Assembly (NCBI GenBank): GCA_963843575.1
Contig: CAWJKZ010000011.1
Coordinates: forward strand, 96,001 to 160,000
Length of the DNA stretch: 64,000 nt
DNA from: an uncultured Acidobacteriota bacterium
GTDB taxonomy: Bacteria > Acidobacteriota > UBA6911
Direction of reading: 5' to 3'
Shown here: piece by piece, positions 1-9,111 of the stretch
Layout: the number at the start of each line of letters is the position of its first letter
Numbering within the stretch: the first letter of the stretch is position 1
The notes under the pieces: model-generated
Databases searched by the model: none
What the model was told of the DNA's origin: nothing
What the model saw: only the letters and a program-made list of their open reading frames with translations
Program-made: the position numbers and the translations under genes

Positions 1-2
1 CC

Positions 3-1970
3 GGTCTGGTAGAAGGGCACCAGGAACGATTGGGTGACATCCAGCGCGATTGTTCCGAGGTTGGAGTCGAGCGCACCGTCGGAGGCGGCGAAGGTAAACG
101 AATCTGCGCCCGCGTAGCCGCCGAGGGAATAGTAGGTCGCCGTCGTGCCGTTGATCCCGACGGTGCCGTGGGCCGGTTGCGTGACGACACGCAGTTGAAG
201 GGGGTTGCCGCCGGGACTGGACGCTTTCAGGGGAAAGGTCGCGGGCGTCCCGTTGCTCACGGCCACCGTGTCGTCGCTCACCGCCGGGGCCGGGTTCGGG
301 TTGGCTCGTTCGCTTCCCGGGCCGTTGTGGCACGTGTAGCAGCCGATCTGGGAGCCGCGCCAGAACTGCTTCGCGCCGAATTTTGTCGATACGGTCCGGT
401 TCCCCAAAGACCGGGACAGGACGGTGCCGCCGTAGTCGCGGCCGTGGCACCTTTGGCAGGCCGTGCTCCCTCCCCGCTCGACGGCTTCTTCGTGGCTGTT
501 GGCCCAGGCCTGGCCGATGGGATGCATGCCGTGCGGCCCGCCATTGACTGTGTTCGGCTGCACGTTGTGACAGGTGGGGCATTCGGAGATGGTCCCGACG
601 TGGTTCTGGAGTTGCAGGGCCTGGATGTTGTCGTTCCGGTGCGAGCTGGGATACTCGGCATGCGTGGAATGGTGACACGCAGAACACTGCAGGCCGCCGT
701 GCCCGCTGGAAAACCGGTAGAGCGAGGTGCCCGCCGCCGGCGTATTCGGGTTGGTCGCGAAGGTGGTGTCCGTGGGGACGCGGGGGAGGCCGGACGCGCC
801 GAACGCCGACGTGAACCGGATCTGTCCGCTGTTGTTCAATGCCGTCCCGGTGTGGCAGTTCTGGCAGTTCGGCTCGTCGAGCCAGCCCTGCCGTCCGGAG
901 GATCCAACCCTGTTCATCGTCCCGTGGCAGTTCTGGCACTGGATCTCGAACGAACCGTCCGCAGCCACGGCCGTCCCCATCGCGCCGCGAAGGCAACGAG
1001 TCTCGCCCCCGGGGTGACACCGGTAGCAGGCCGATCGGTTTGCGCTGGCGTCAAGGGTCTGGCCATTGGTGGGATCGAGCACGTGGGCGTGAAAGGCGTG
1101 CATCGCCCGGGTGAGCGGCAGTATCGTGCCGATTCCCGTTCCCGGAAGCGCGTTGGAGGAGTGGCAGCGGGCGCACAGGACGGCCTTGTTTCGGTCCACG
1201 GCAGTCGGATAGAGGCCGCTTGAATCGTAACCGGCCGCATCCAGGGCGGCGCGGAAATCCGCGGACCCGCCGTTTTTTTCGTCGTGCAGCCGGAGGATGT
1301 TGAGCCGGTAATCCCGTTCCGGATCGGCGTCGTAAATCCAGCCGTCGAGTGGCTGGCCGGCAGCCGCAGAGCCCGAGGCATGGCACGCCCGGCAGTCCAT
1401 CTCGTCGGAAACCGGCAGCACGATGTCCGTCGTCGCCAGGATGTTCCCTCCGGCGGCGCGAGCCACGAGGTGCATCATCGGGTACGGGTTCTTTTGCCCG
1501 GCGTCGTCGTAGGGTGTAATCGGAATTCCCTCCGCGACAAAGGCGTTCACGCTCGCGTCGAATCTCATCGGCTGGGGCTGGTTCGCGGCCCCGGGCATCC
1601 GGCTGCCCGCCAGGCCCGTGTCGACGGGGAGTGTGGCCCCGAACAGGTTGAAAAGCTGCAGCCAGAATGTGGTCTTGTTCGCCGACGTCGAGTTTATCGA
1701 TCCGGTGGGGTCTGCAAGCGCCTCGTACGTGACCGTCACTCCCGAAGGGATCCTGACCAACCGGCCGGAGGCGTCCATCAGGTGTGCCTGGACGGTGTTG
1801 TAGGGCGGCAGTATCGAAAAGACGGTGTAGTCGGAATCCATGCAGTGCATCCCCAGGTTGTTCCAACCGACCAGGGTCCATCCGCCCGCGCCCGCGCCTC
1901 CAAGATAGAGGGAGTGGCTGAAAAGTGACAACGTGAGGACAAGGGCCGCACTGAGAGTCTTGTGTCTCAT
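3..1970 (-). CDS. Secreted multiheme cytochrome c (9 CxxCH) with C-terminal Ig-like domain; 3' end runs off the window
   Basis: Manual translation from ATG at 1970: signal-like MRHKTLSAALVLTLSLF, then GWNNLGMHCMDSDYTVFSILPPYNT. Heme motifs CRACH, CARCH, CYRCH, CQNCH x2, CSACH, CPTCH, CQRCH, CYTCH, then an Ig-like segment (QPAHGTV...GYAGADSFTFAASDG). The plus-strand ORFs 30..1223 and 1284..1928 are its antisense shadows. Confidence 0.9.
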   Translation of the reverse strand, partial: MRHKTLSAALVLTLSLFSHSLYLGGAGAGGWTLVGWNNLGMHCMDSDYTVFSILPPYNTVQAHLMDASGRLVRIPSGVTVTYEALADPTGSINSTSANKTTFWLQLFNLFGATLPVDTGLAGSRMPGAANQPQPMRFDASVNAFVAEGIPITPYDDAGQKNPYPMMHLVARAAGGNILATTDIVLPVSDEMDCRACHASGSAAAGQPLDGWIYDADPERDYRLNILRLHDEKNGGSADFRAALDAAGYDSSGLYPTAVDRNKAVLCARCHSSNALPGTGIGTILPLTRAMHAFHAHVLDPTNGQTLDASANRSACYRCHPGGETRCLRGAMGTAVAADGSFEIQCQNCHGTMNRVGSSGRQGWLDEPNCQNCHTGTALNNSGQIRFTSAFGASGLPRVPTDTTFATNPNTPAAGTSLYRFSSGHGGLQCSACHHSTHAEYPSSHRNDNIQALQLQNHVGTISECPTCHNVQPNTVNGGPHGMHPIGQAWANSHEEAVERGGSTACQRCHGRDYGGTVLSRSLGNRTVSTKFGAKQFWRGSQIGCYTCHNGPGSERANPNPAPAVSDDTVAVSNGTPATFPLKASSPGGNPLQLRVVTQPAHGTVGINGTTATYYSLGGYAGADSFTFAASDGALDSNLGTIALDVTQSFLVPFYQT

Positions 1971-2112
1971 TCGAGGTTCCTCCGCAGCCTGGCGACGGGA
2001 GTCAAGCTGGTCCTCATCATACTTCTACAGGCTGTCGGAGTATTAGGAATTCGGTTCCCGGAGTGCGGCGCGCTTGTCCGGCCTTGACACCGGCCAGGAA
2101 AGACAAGAACAA

Positions 2113-2260
2113 AAGCAGAACGCGGATTTTCACGGATTGGACGGGTTCACGCGGATCGGCCGCGCCCGGCATTCCGCCACGAGGGCTGCCGGTCGCGGCC
2201 TGTCACCAAGTCAAAATCTGCGTGCATCCGCGCAAATCTGCGTCCTGAAAACGTTAGCGC
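2113..2260. repeat. Family B palindromic intergenic repeat (9-nt periodic CGCGGAT/ATCCGCG arms)
   Basis: AGAACGCGGAT..CACGCGGATCGGCCG...ATCTGCGTGCATCCGCGCAAATCTGCGTCCTGAAAACGTTAGCG; homologous to the copies at 16.7, 49.2 and 57.7 kb. Confidence 0.85.
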
Positions 2261-2302
2261 ATCTGGGAACGCGATTGCTTATTTCCGTGCAGGCTCGGCG
2301 GC

Positions 2303-3640
2303 TCAGACCGAGCGGCGGCCCCGATGCGCGCGCCAGTACACCGGGACGCCGGTCAGCACCAGCGCAAGCCCCAGGAGCGAGCTCCGCGGCGATTCCACCA
2401 GCGTGTTGATCACGAACATCGCCGAGACGACGACGAACACGAGCGCCGTCCAGGGATAGCCAGGCAACCGGTATGGACGCGGCCAGTCGGGGTGCCTGAC
2501 CCGCAACACGATCACGGAGGCCACCGCCATCGCGAAGAGGATCCACCCCGCGAACATGGCCATCGTGATCAGGTGCTCGTAGCCGCCGGTCAGGGTCAGA
2601 ACCGCCGCCCACAGGCTCATGATCACGATGGCATGCGCCGGCGTCTGGTAGCGCGGGTGAATCTCGCTGGCCCAGTGGAAGAAGGGGTTGTCGCGCGCCA
2701 GCGCAAAGAAGATGCGCGGCCCGGCAAGCACGTTCGCGGCGATGGCCCCGAAGGTCGAGCAGAGGATCGCGAGCGTGATCAGGGTGCCCCCGGCCGGTCC
2801 GACCATGGCTACCATGGCGTCGGTGGCGACCCGGGTAGATCCCGCGATGGCCGCCTGCCCGAGCACGTAGATGTAAGCCAGGTTGGCGCTGACGTAGACG
2901 CCGATGACGATGAAGACGCCAAGCAGGATGCCGAGCGGGATGTTGCGCTGGGGGTTCCGGATCTCTCCGGCGGTGAAACCGACAAAGTGCCAGCCGTCGT
3001 AGGCAAACAGGGTCGAGATCATCGCGACCCCGACCGCCGCGGCCAGCCCCGTCCGGTAAGCCTCCGGCCACAACGGGAGGAAATTCCGGGCCGACGCTCC
3101 GTCCGGGTGCATGAATAAGGCGAGCCCGACCAGGGCGGCGATGCCCGCGATCTTGAGAAACGCGAACAGATTCTGCACCCGCGCGCCCCACACGGTCCCG
3201 CGGCAGTTGACGGCCGCAAGCACCAGGATCAGCACTATCCCCATCCCCTTTTCCTGCCACGGCGCCAGGGGGAGGAAATACTTCAGGTACATCAGGAACG
3301 CCGCCGTCAACGCGGCGATCGGCGCGGCAATCACCACCAGGAGGTTGGTCCAGCCGTAAAGAAAAGCCCAGAACGGCCCGTACGCCTCCCGGATGTAGAC
3401 ATACAGCCCGCCGGAATGGGGCAGCATCGCCCCCAGTTCGGCGAGCGTCAGGGCGCCGCACAGCACCAGCAACCCGGTGAACAGCCAGATCGCGATGACG
3501 AGCCCGGGCTCGGCAATCCGTTGGGCGATCAGGCTGGGTACGACGAAGATCCCGGAACCGATGACGGCGCCCACCAGCAGGAGCGCGGCATCCGTCAGGC
3601 CAAGCTTGCGAGGCAGTTCGGTCGTTACCGGCATGTTCAT
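2303..3640 (-). CDS. APC-superfamily amino acid permease
   Basis: GAVIGSGIF, AELGAMLPHSGGLYVYIREAYG and FAYDGW...AGEIRNPQRNIP motifs; about 12 hydrophobic segments. Confidence 0.92.
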   Translation of the reverse strand: MNMPVTTELPRKLGLTDAALLLVGAVIGSGIFVVPSLIAQRIAEPGLVIAIWLFTGLLVLCGALTLAELGAMLPHSGGLYVYIREAYGPFWAFLYGWTNLLVVIAAPIAALTAAFLMYLKYFLPLAPWQEKGMGIVLILVLAAVNCRGTVWGARVQNLFAFLKIAGIAALVGLALFMHPDGASARNFLPLWPEAYRTGLAAAVGVAMISTLFAYDGWHFVGFTAGEIRNPQRNIPLGILLGVFIVIGVYVSANLAYIYVLGQAAIAGSTRVATDAMVAMVGPAGGTLITLAILCSTFGAIAANVLAGPRIFFALARDNPFFHWASEIHPRYQTPAHAIVIMSLWAAVLTLTGGYEHLITMAMFAGWILFAMAVASVIVLRVRHPDWPRPYRLPGYPWTALVFVVVSAMFVINTLVESPRSSLLGLALVLTGVPVYWRAHRGRRSV

Positions 3641-3782
3641 GGCCGCTCATCATAGCCCACCCGAAGCTCCCGCGAGAACCTAATGAATCGCCCAAACCGG
3701 CTGGGGGCGCTCTTTTTGCTTTGCCTGGACGGGCTCTTTCGCTTTAATGGCACCATACGGGTCGAACTCCGGAGGCAGGACG

Positions 3783-4784
3783 ATGAAGAAGCTCATCAAC
3801 GATCCCCGCGACTTCGTGGCCGAAATGCTCGACGGCCTGCTCAAGGCGCACCCCGATCAGCTGGGCTTCGCGGCGGGAGATCACCACTGCATCGTCCGGG
3901 CGGATGCGCCCGTCGACGGCAAGGTGGCGCTCGCAACCGGCGGCGGGTCCGGACACCTGCCGGTTTTTCTCGGGTACGTGGGGAAAGGCCTGCTGGACGG
4001 CTGCGCCGTCGGGGACGTTTTTGCCTCCCCCAATGCGGAGCAGATGCTCGCAGTCACTCGCCGCATCCACGGGGGGAAGGGCGTCTTGTACCTGTACGGG
4101 AACTACGGGGGTGACGTCATGAATTTCGACATGGCGGCGGAGATGGCCGCCATGGACGACATCGAGGTCCGCACCGTCCTGGTCAAGGACGATGTCGCTT
4201 CGGCGCCGGCCCTGGAAGCGGACCGGCGCCGGGGCGTGGCCGGCATGGTCTTCGCCTTCAAGGTGGCGGGCGCGGAAGCCGACCGGGGCGGTTCCCTGGA
4301 CGACGTGGAGCGGGTGGCCCGCAAGGCGCTCGCCCACATCCGCACCATCGGGGTGGCGCTTTCCCCGTGCACGGTGCCGGCCGCCGGGCGTCCGACCTTC
4401 ACCATCGGCGAGAACGAGATGGAGATCGGCATGGGTATCCACGGCGAGCCCGGGGCGCGCCGCGAGGAACTCAAGAGCGCCGACCAGATCGCCGAGCGCA
4501 TGACGGAGGCGATCCTGGCCGATATGCCCGTCGGACCCTCGGATCGGGTCGCGGTGATGCTCAACGGGCTCGGGGCCACCCCGCCCGAGGAACTCTACAT
4601 CCTCTACCGCCGGGTGCACGACCTCCTCACAAAACGGGGCGCGCTTGTCCATCGCGCCTACGTCGGCGAGTACGCGACGAGCATGGAGATGGCGGGGGCG
4701 TCGCTGACCGTCTTCAAGCTGGACGACGAACTCGTTGCGCTGCTCGACCGCCCGGCGCGCTCCCCGTTTTTCGTGCAGACATAG
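3783..4784 (+). CDS. dhaK: Dihydroxyacetone kinase family, K subunit
   Basis: MKKLINDP, GGGSGHLP, VFASP, GNYGGDVMNF, RRGVAG, GMGIHGEPG; RBS GGAGG upstream. Confidence 0.92.
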   Translation: MKKLINDPRDFVAEMLDGLLKAHPDQLGFAAGDHHCIVRADAPVDGKVALATGGGSGHLPVFLGYVGKGLLDGCAVGDVFASPNAEQMLAVTRRIHGGKGVLYLYGNYGGDVMNFDMAAEMAAMDDIEVRTVLVKDDVASAPALEADRRRGVAGMVFAFKVAGAEADRGGSLDDVERVARKALAHIRTIGVALSPCTVPAAGRPTFTIGENEMEIGMGIHGEPGARREELKSADQIAERMTEAILADMPVGPSDRVAVMLNGLGATPPEELYILYRRVHDLLTKRGALVHRAYVGEYATSMEMAGASLTVFKLDDELVALLDRPARSPFFVQT

Positions 4785-4791
4785 AGACCGC

Positions 4792-5436
4792 ATGGCAGAC
4801 GGAACTTTCAACGGCGAGCAGGTGCGCCAAGCGGTTGTGCGGGTCTCGGAGCGCCTGGGCGAACTCGGGGATCTGCTCAACCGGCTCGACGCGGCGGTCG
4901 GCGACGGCGATCTGGGGATCACCGCGGTCAAGGGCGGGGCGGCTCTCCGCGAGTACGCCGCGGCGCAGCCTCCGGTTTCCGATCTCGGAGCCTTCTTGAG
5001 CGGGGCGGGCATGGCTTTCAACCGGGCGGCGTCGAGCACCTTCGGAGCCCTGGCCGCCACGGCGCTCATGCGGGCCGGCAGGGAACTCAAGGGGCTCGAC
5101 GCACTCGATGCCGCATCCCTTGCACGGGCCCTGACCGCCGCCGATGCCGGCGTCCAGGAGCGAGGCAAGGCCCGCCCGGGCGACAAGACCCTGGTCGACG
5201 CCCTGCACCCCGCCGCCGAGGCGTTCGCCGCCGCCATTGCCTCGGGCCACGATGTCAGAACGGCAGCCACGTCGATGCTGGAGGCCGCCCGGGCCGGCCG
5301 CGACGCCATCGTCCCGCAACAGAGCCGTATCGGCCGCGCATCCTGGGTCGGCGAGCGCACCCGCAACCAGCCCGACCCCGGCGCCGTCCTGATCGTCCAC
5401 CTCCTCGAAGCAATAACAGGGGACGGACCCGGGTAA
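4792..5436 (+). CDS. dhaL: Dihydroxyacetone kinase family, L subunit
   Basis: LDAAVGDGDLG, GKARPGDKTLVDAL, GRASWVGER...DPGA. No dhaM nearby. Confidence 0.9.
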   Translation: MADGTFNGEQVRQAVVRVSERLGELGDLLNRLDAAVGDGDLGITAVKGGAALREYAAAQPPVSDLGAFLSGAGMAFNRAASSTFGALAATALMRAGRELKGLDALDAASLARALTAADAGVQERGKARPGDKTLVDALHPAAEAFAAAIASGHDVRTAATSMLEAARAGRDAIVPQQSRIGRASWVGERTRNQPDPGAVLIVHLLEAITGDGPG

Positions 5437-5522
5437 CGCTATTTGTTATAAATGGTTATGGCAGTTTTCGACCACAAAATGGCCCTTATTTCGTGTTTTT
5501 GACGCCTTTTTCTTGAAATAGT
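5419..5522 (+). repeat. Family A fixed-geometry element (copy 1), overlapping the dhaL 3' end
   Basis: GGGGACGGACC 5419-5429, 55 nt, CTTAT 5485-5489, 28 nt, ATAGT 5518-5522. Confidence 0.85.
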
Positions 5523-5730
5523 GCATGCGGCGGCAGGCAGTCGTTGCGTCGCTCGCGGTGAACCTCTAGATTACTTTCTGTTACGCCGAACGCCGCACAA
5601 AGGAACTTGGAGATTCTGCGAGTGCTTTGAGCCTTGGTGGCGAGCTTTAGACTGACCTCCAGGGCTCAAAGTATTCACAGAACCTCGAAGAGCCCTGAAG
5701 AACAACGTGCGAGGTGTTGGGGGAGATCGT

Positions 5731-6594
5731 ATGCCGGATATGAAGAAGCGGATGGCCGAGAAGAAGCCCCTGGTCGGGGTGGGTGCCCGCGACGCGCTCG
5801 AGGCGCGATTAATCGAGCGGGCGGGATTTGATTTTGTCTGGTCGAGTGGTTTTGCGATTTCCGCGGCCTACGGCGTGCCCGACGCGAGCCTGATCACGAT
5901 GAGTCAGCTGGTCGAGTCCGCCCGCGCCATGGCCGAGGTGATCGACATCCCGATCCTGGCCGATTGCGACACCGGCTTTGGCAACGCCATAAACGTCATC
6001 TACGCGGTCCGGAAATTCGAGGATGCGGGCGTTGCGGCCATCTGCATGGAGGACAAGAAGTTCCCCAAGGACACCAGCTTGCTGCCGGGGGGCAGGCAGG
6101 AACTGGTCTCCGTAGAGGAGTTCGCCGGCAAGATCGCGGCGGCGGTGGATACGCGCAGGAGCCGCGATCTCGTGGTCGTCGCCCGCACCGAGGCGCTCAT
6201 CGCCGGCTGGGGGCAGGAGGAGGCGCTCGAGCGTGCGCGTCGCTACGAGGAGGCCGGGGCGGACTGCATCCTGGTTCATTCCAAGTCGAAGACCCCGGAT
6301 GAAGTTCTCGAATTCGTCTCCAGGTGGGACGGGAAAGTGCCGGTGGTGCTCATCCCCACGAACTATCCCAGCCTTACCGAGTCGGAGGTGTGCCGGCTGG
6401 GGAAGGTGGGGATGGTGATTTACGCGAACCAGATGCTTCGCGCCGCCATAACCGCCCAGGAGGCTCTGCTCGCCGAAATCAGGAAGACCGGCGGCATCCA
6501 CACGGTCAACGCCTCCATCGTGCCGGTCGCGCGCGTGTTCGAACTGCAAAACGTCGCCGGCATGAAAGAGAACGAGAAGAAATACCTGCGGTGA
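5731..6594 (+). CDS. palA: Phosphonopyruvate hydrolase (PEP mutase/isocitrate lyase superfamily)
   Basis: DCDTGFGNAINV and loop EDKKFPKDTSL...GRQELV..EEFAGKIAAA. The DTS form matches phosphonopyruvate hydrolase rather than the PEP mutase EDKxxxxxNS signature. Confidence 0.82.
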   Translation: MPDMKKRMAEKKPLVGVGARDALEARLIERAGFDFVWSSGFAISAAYGVPDASLITMSQLVESARAMAEVIDIPILADCDTGFGNAINVIYAVRKFEDAGVAAICMEDKKFPKDTSLLPGGRQELVSVEEFAGKIAAAVDTRRSRDLVVVARTEALIAGWGQEEALERARRYEEAGADCILVHSKSKTPDEVLEFVSRWDGKVPVVLIPTNYPSLTESEVCRLGKVGMVIYANQMLRAAITAQEALLAEIRKTGGIHTVNASIVPVARVFELQNVAGMKENEKKYLR

Positions 6595-6645
6595 TTCGGG
6601 CGGCGGAACCGATGTGCCAGTTTTTGTGAGCCAGGAGTTTGAACG

Positions 6646-7530
6646 ATGCCGGTCCGAGTGGGTTTCGTCGGTTGCGGTGAGGTCGCCTCGATCTTTTCCG
6701 CGGCCATGCTCGAGCGCGGCGCGGATGTTGCCGCGTACGATGTCGTCCGGGAGAAGGCCGCGGGGGCCGGGCTGGCTTTCAAGCCGTTGCCCGAGCTGGT
6801 CGAGTGGTCGGACTACCTGCTGTCGACCGTCACAACCTCGTCGGCCGCGGCCGTCGCCGCAGCCTGCACGCCTAATCTGAAGGTGGGGCAGTTCTATGTC
6901 GACCTCAACTCGACCTCGCCTTCGCTCAAAATCCGCCTGAGTGAGGTCGTCCGGCCGAGCGGGGCGCGGTTCGTGGAGGGCGCCATCCTGGGAGCGGTCG
7001 GGGTCACGCGCGCGGGCACCCCCATTCTGCTCGGTGGGACCGCGGCTGAGGAAGCGGCTGCGGCACTCGCCGCGCTCGGACTGCGCGTTTCCGCCTATAG
7101 CGCGGAGATCGGCAAGGCGTCGACGTTCAAGATGCTGCGCAGCATCTTCTCCAAGGGACTGGAGGCCCTGATCCTCGAATTGCTCATCGCCGGCCGCCGG
7201 GCGGGGATCGAAGCGGACCTGTGGAGGGATGTCTCGGAGTTCATGGCGCGCAACCCTTTTGAGCGCGTCGCCGATAACTGGCTGCAGACGCACGCCGTCG
7301 CCTTCGAGCGGCGCTACCACGAAATGGTGCAGGTGCGGGAGACCATGGGCGAGATCGGGCTGGAACCGATCATGACCCGGGCGACGGAGGCGTTCTTCGC
7401 GCGTTCGTGCACGCTCGGCCTGACCGATGCCTTCCCTTCGAAGCCGTCCTCCATGGACCAGGTGGTCGCCTATCTGGAGCGGCGCCTCGGTCCCGAGCCG
7501 CCGAAGAGCCGGGAAGGGCAGGCCGATTGA
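6646..7530 (+). CDS. NAD(P)-dependent oxidoreductase, 3-hydroxyisobutyrate/6PGD-like with DUF1932-type C-terminus
   Basis: Rossmann motif GFVGCGEVA, YVDLNSTSP, ASTFKMLRSIFSKGLEAL. Confidence 0.8.
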   Translation: MPVRVGFVGCGEVASIFSAAMLERGADVAAYDVVREKAAGAGLAFKPLPELVEWSDYLLSTVTTSSAAAVAAACTPNLKVGQFYVDLNSTSPSLKIRLSEVVRPSGARFVEGAILGAVGVTRAGTPILLGGTAAEEAAAALAALGLRVSAYSAEIGKASTFKMLRSIFSKGLEALILELLIAGRRAGIEADLWRDVSEFMARNPFERVADNWLQTHAVAFERRYHEMVQVRETMGEIGLEPIMTRATEAFFARSCTLGLTDAFPSKPSSMDQVVAYLERRLGPEPPKSREGQAD

Positions 7531-8879
7531 TGCTCCCGCTTTTCGAGAGGCTTAAACCGGCGCCCGCCGCCGCACCGCTCACCGATGCCCGGGAAATCGA
7601 CGACACCTACCGGCGCTGGCGTTCCAGGACCCTCTGGGGCTGCTTTTTCGGCTACACGGTATTCTATTTCTGCAGGCGCAACATTCCGCTTGCCCTCCCG
7701 AAGATGGCTGCCGAGATGGGATTGAGCAAAGCGCGCCTCGGCATGATCGAATCGGCCGGCCACATCGCCTACGGAACCGGCAAGTTTGCCAACGGGGTGT
7801 TAGCCGACCGGACCAATCCCCGATACTTCATGGCGCTGGGCCTGTTTCTTACGGCGCTGACCAACATCCTGTTCGGGTTGAACTCCTCGCTGCTGGTCCT
7901 CACACTGGTCTGGGGCCTGAACGGCTGGTTTCAAAGCATGGGATTTCCGCCGGGCGCGCGGCTGCTGAGCCACTGGTTTTCCCCCGCCGAGCACGGCTGG
8001 ATCTGGGCCATCTACGGCTGTTCGCACCAGGTCGGAACCGCGCTCATCAGCGTCGCGGCCGGCTATCTGGTCGGGTCCGGGTGGCGACTGACATTCCACG
8101 TCCCGGCCGTTGCGGCGCTGCTCGGCTCGGTTTATCTTTATCGCCGGCTGCGCGACATCCCGGCGTCGATGGGACTGCCGCCGGTGGAGCTCTACCGCGG
8201 GGACTTCGTCGACCGCAAGAGCGTCGAGGCGCTCGAGCAGCCTCTCACGGCAAGGGAAACCCTCCTCGGCTACGTCCTGAACGACCCCCACATCTGGTTT
8301 GTCGCCCTCGGCAACTTCTTTCTGTACATCGCGCGCTATGGCGTCAACACCTGGCTCCCCATGTTTCTCCAGGAGGACCGGGGCATGTCGATGGCGACTG
8401 CGGGCTGGATGTCGGCCGTTTTCGAGGCCGGCGGGGTCCTCGGGATGTTGAGCGCCGGGTGGGTCTCCGACAGGTTCTTCGGTGCGCGACGCGGTCCCGT
8501 CATGGGCATCTTCATGGCCGGGCTGTCCCTGGCCATGCTGGGGTTCTGGCGCGCGGACTCGGTCGCAGCGTATGTGCTGGCGCTTGCCGGGAGCGGGTTC
8601 CTCGTGTATGGGCCCCTGATGCTGGTCAGCGTGGCCGCCGCCGGCTTTGCCGGCAAGAAAGCCGCCGCCAGCGCGGCCGGCTTGTGCGGCTTCTGGGGGT
8701 ACATGGGTGCGACCGTTTCGGGCGCGGGCGTGGGGAAGCTCGTCGACGTGGCCGGGTGGAACGCAGGCTTTGCCTTCCTCATCGGCTCCTCGGTGCTGAG
8801 CTCGTTCTTCTTCGCGCTGACCTGGAACGTGAAGCCGCGCGCGATGCAGGCGTCCGCCGGCAAAGCCGCCGGCGCGTGA
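7530..8879 (+). CDS. MFS organophosphate:Pi antiporter (GlpT/UhpT/UhpC family)
   Basis: TGATG coupling with the upstream gene. YFCRRN, AYGTGKF, LNGWFQSMGFPP, SHQVG and YIARYG retain the Arg/Lys/His/Arg residues used by GlpT for phosphoryl binding. Confidence 0.88.
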   Translation: MLPLFERLKPAPAAAPLTDAREIDDTYRRWRSRTLWGCFFGYTVFYFCRRNIPLALPKMAAEMGLSKARLGMIESAGHIAYGTGKFANGVLADRTNPRYFMALGLFLTALTNILFGLNSSLLVLTLVWGLNGWFQSMGFPPGARLLSHWFSPAEHGWIWAIYGCSHQVGTALISVAAGYLVGSGWRLTFHVPAVAALLGSVYLYRRLRDIPASMGLPPVELYRGDFVDRKSVEALEQPLTARETLLGYVLNDPHIWFVALGNFFLYIARYGVNTWLPMFLQEDRGMSMATAGWMSAVFEAGGVLGMLSAGWVSDRFFGARRGPVMGIFMAGLSLAMLGFWRADSVAAYVLALAGSGFLVYGPLMLVSVAAAGFAGKKAAASAAGLCGFWGYMGATVSGAGVGKLVDVAGWNAGFAFLIGSSVLSSFFFALTWNVKPRAMQASAGKAAGA

Positions 8880-8904
8880 CGCTTGCCCGATGTCTCCGAC
8901 TCGA

Positions 8905-9015
8905 GTGGGTCCGGGCGGTCCGGGCTTCAGCCCGGACGCTGTTTGCGGTCGCCATAACGCGCGCGTCGTCACATAGATCAGATCAAAAGACGTCCGGGCT
9001 GAAGCCCGGACCCAC
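8905..9015. repeat. Family C REPIN-like element (inverted pair of GTCCGGGCTTCAGCCCGGAC palindromes)
   Basis: Reverse-complement homologue of 29008..29119. Confidence 0.88.
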
Positions 9016-9070
9016 TTGTGTTTTTTGGCCTATGATGCCGAAGTAAAACGAGCGTCGCGGGACAATCGCC

Positions 9071-9079
9071 TGATATAAT
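9071..9079 (+). promoter_or_regulatory. Extended -10 promoter element
   Basis: TGATATAAT (TGnTATAAT) about 30 nt upstream of the GTG at 9112; GGAGG RBS at 9101. Confidence 0.5.
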
Positions 9080-9111
9080 CGGGCCGATTCGCCCGTTGCT
9101 GGAGGTCGGGA

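Noticed and set aside
30-1928. Plus-strand ORFs of 397 and 214 aa
   Set aside because: They are antisense shadows of the cytochrome gene, typical of high-GC DNA.
5731-6594. PEP mutase and a phosphonate biosynthetic cluster
   Set aside because: The motif is EDKxxPKDTS, not EDKxxxxxNS, and no phosphonopyruvate decarboxylase or nucleotidyltransferase is present. A hydrolase fits better.
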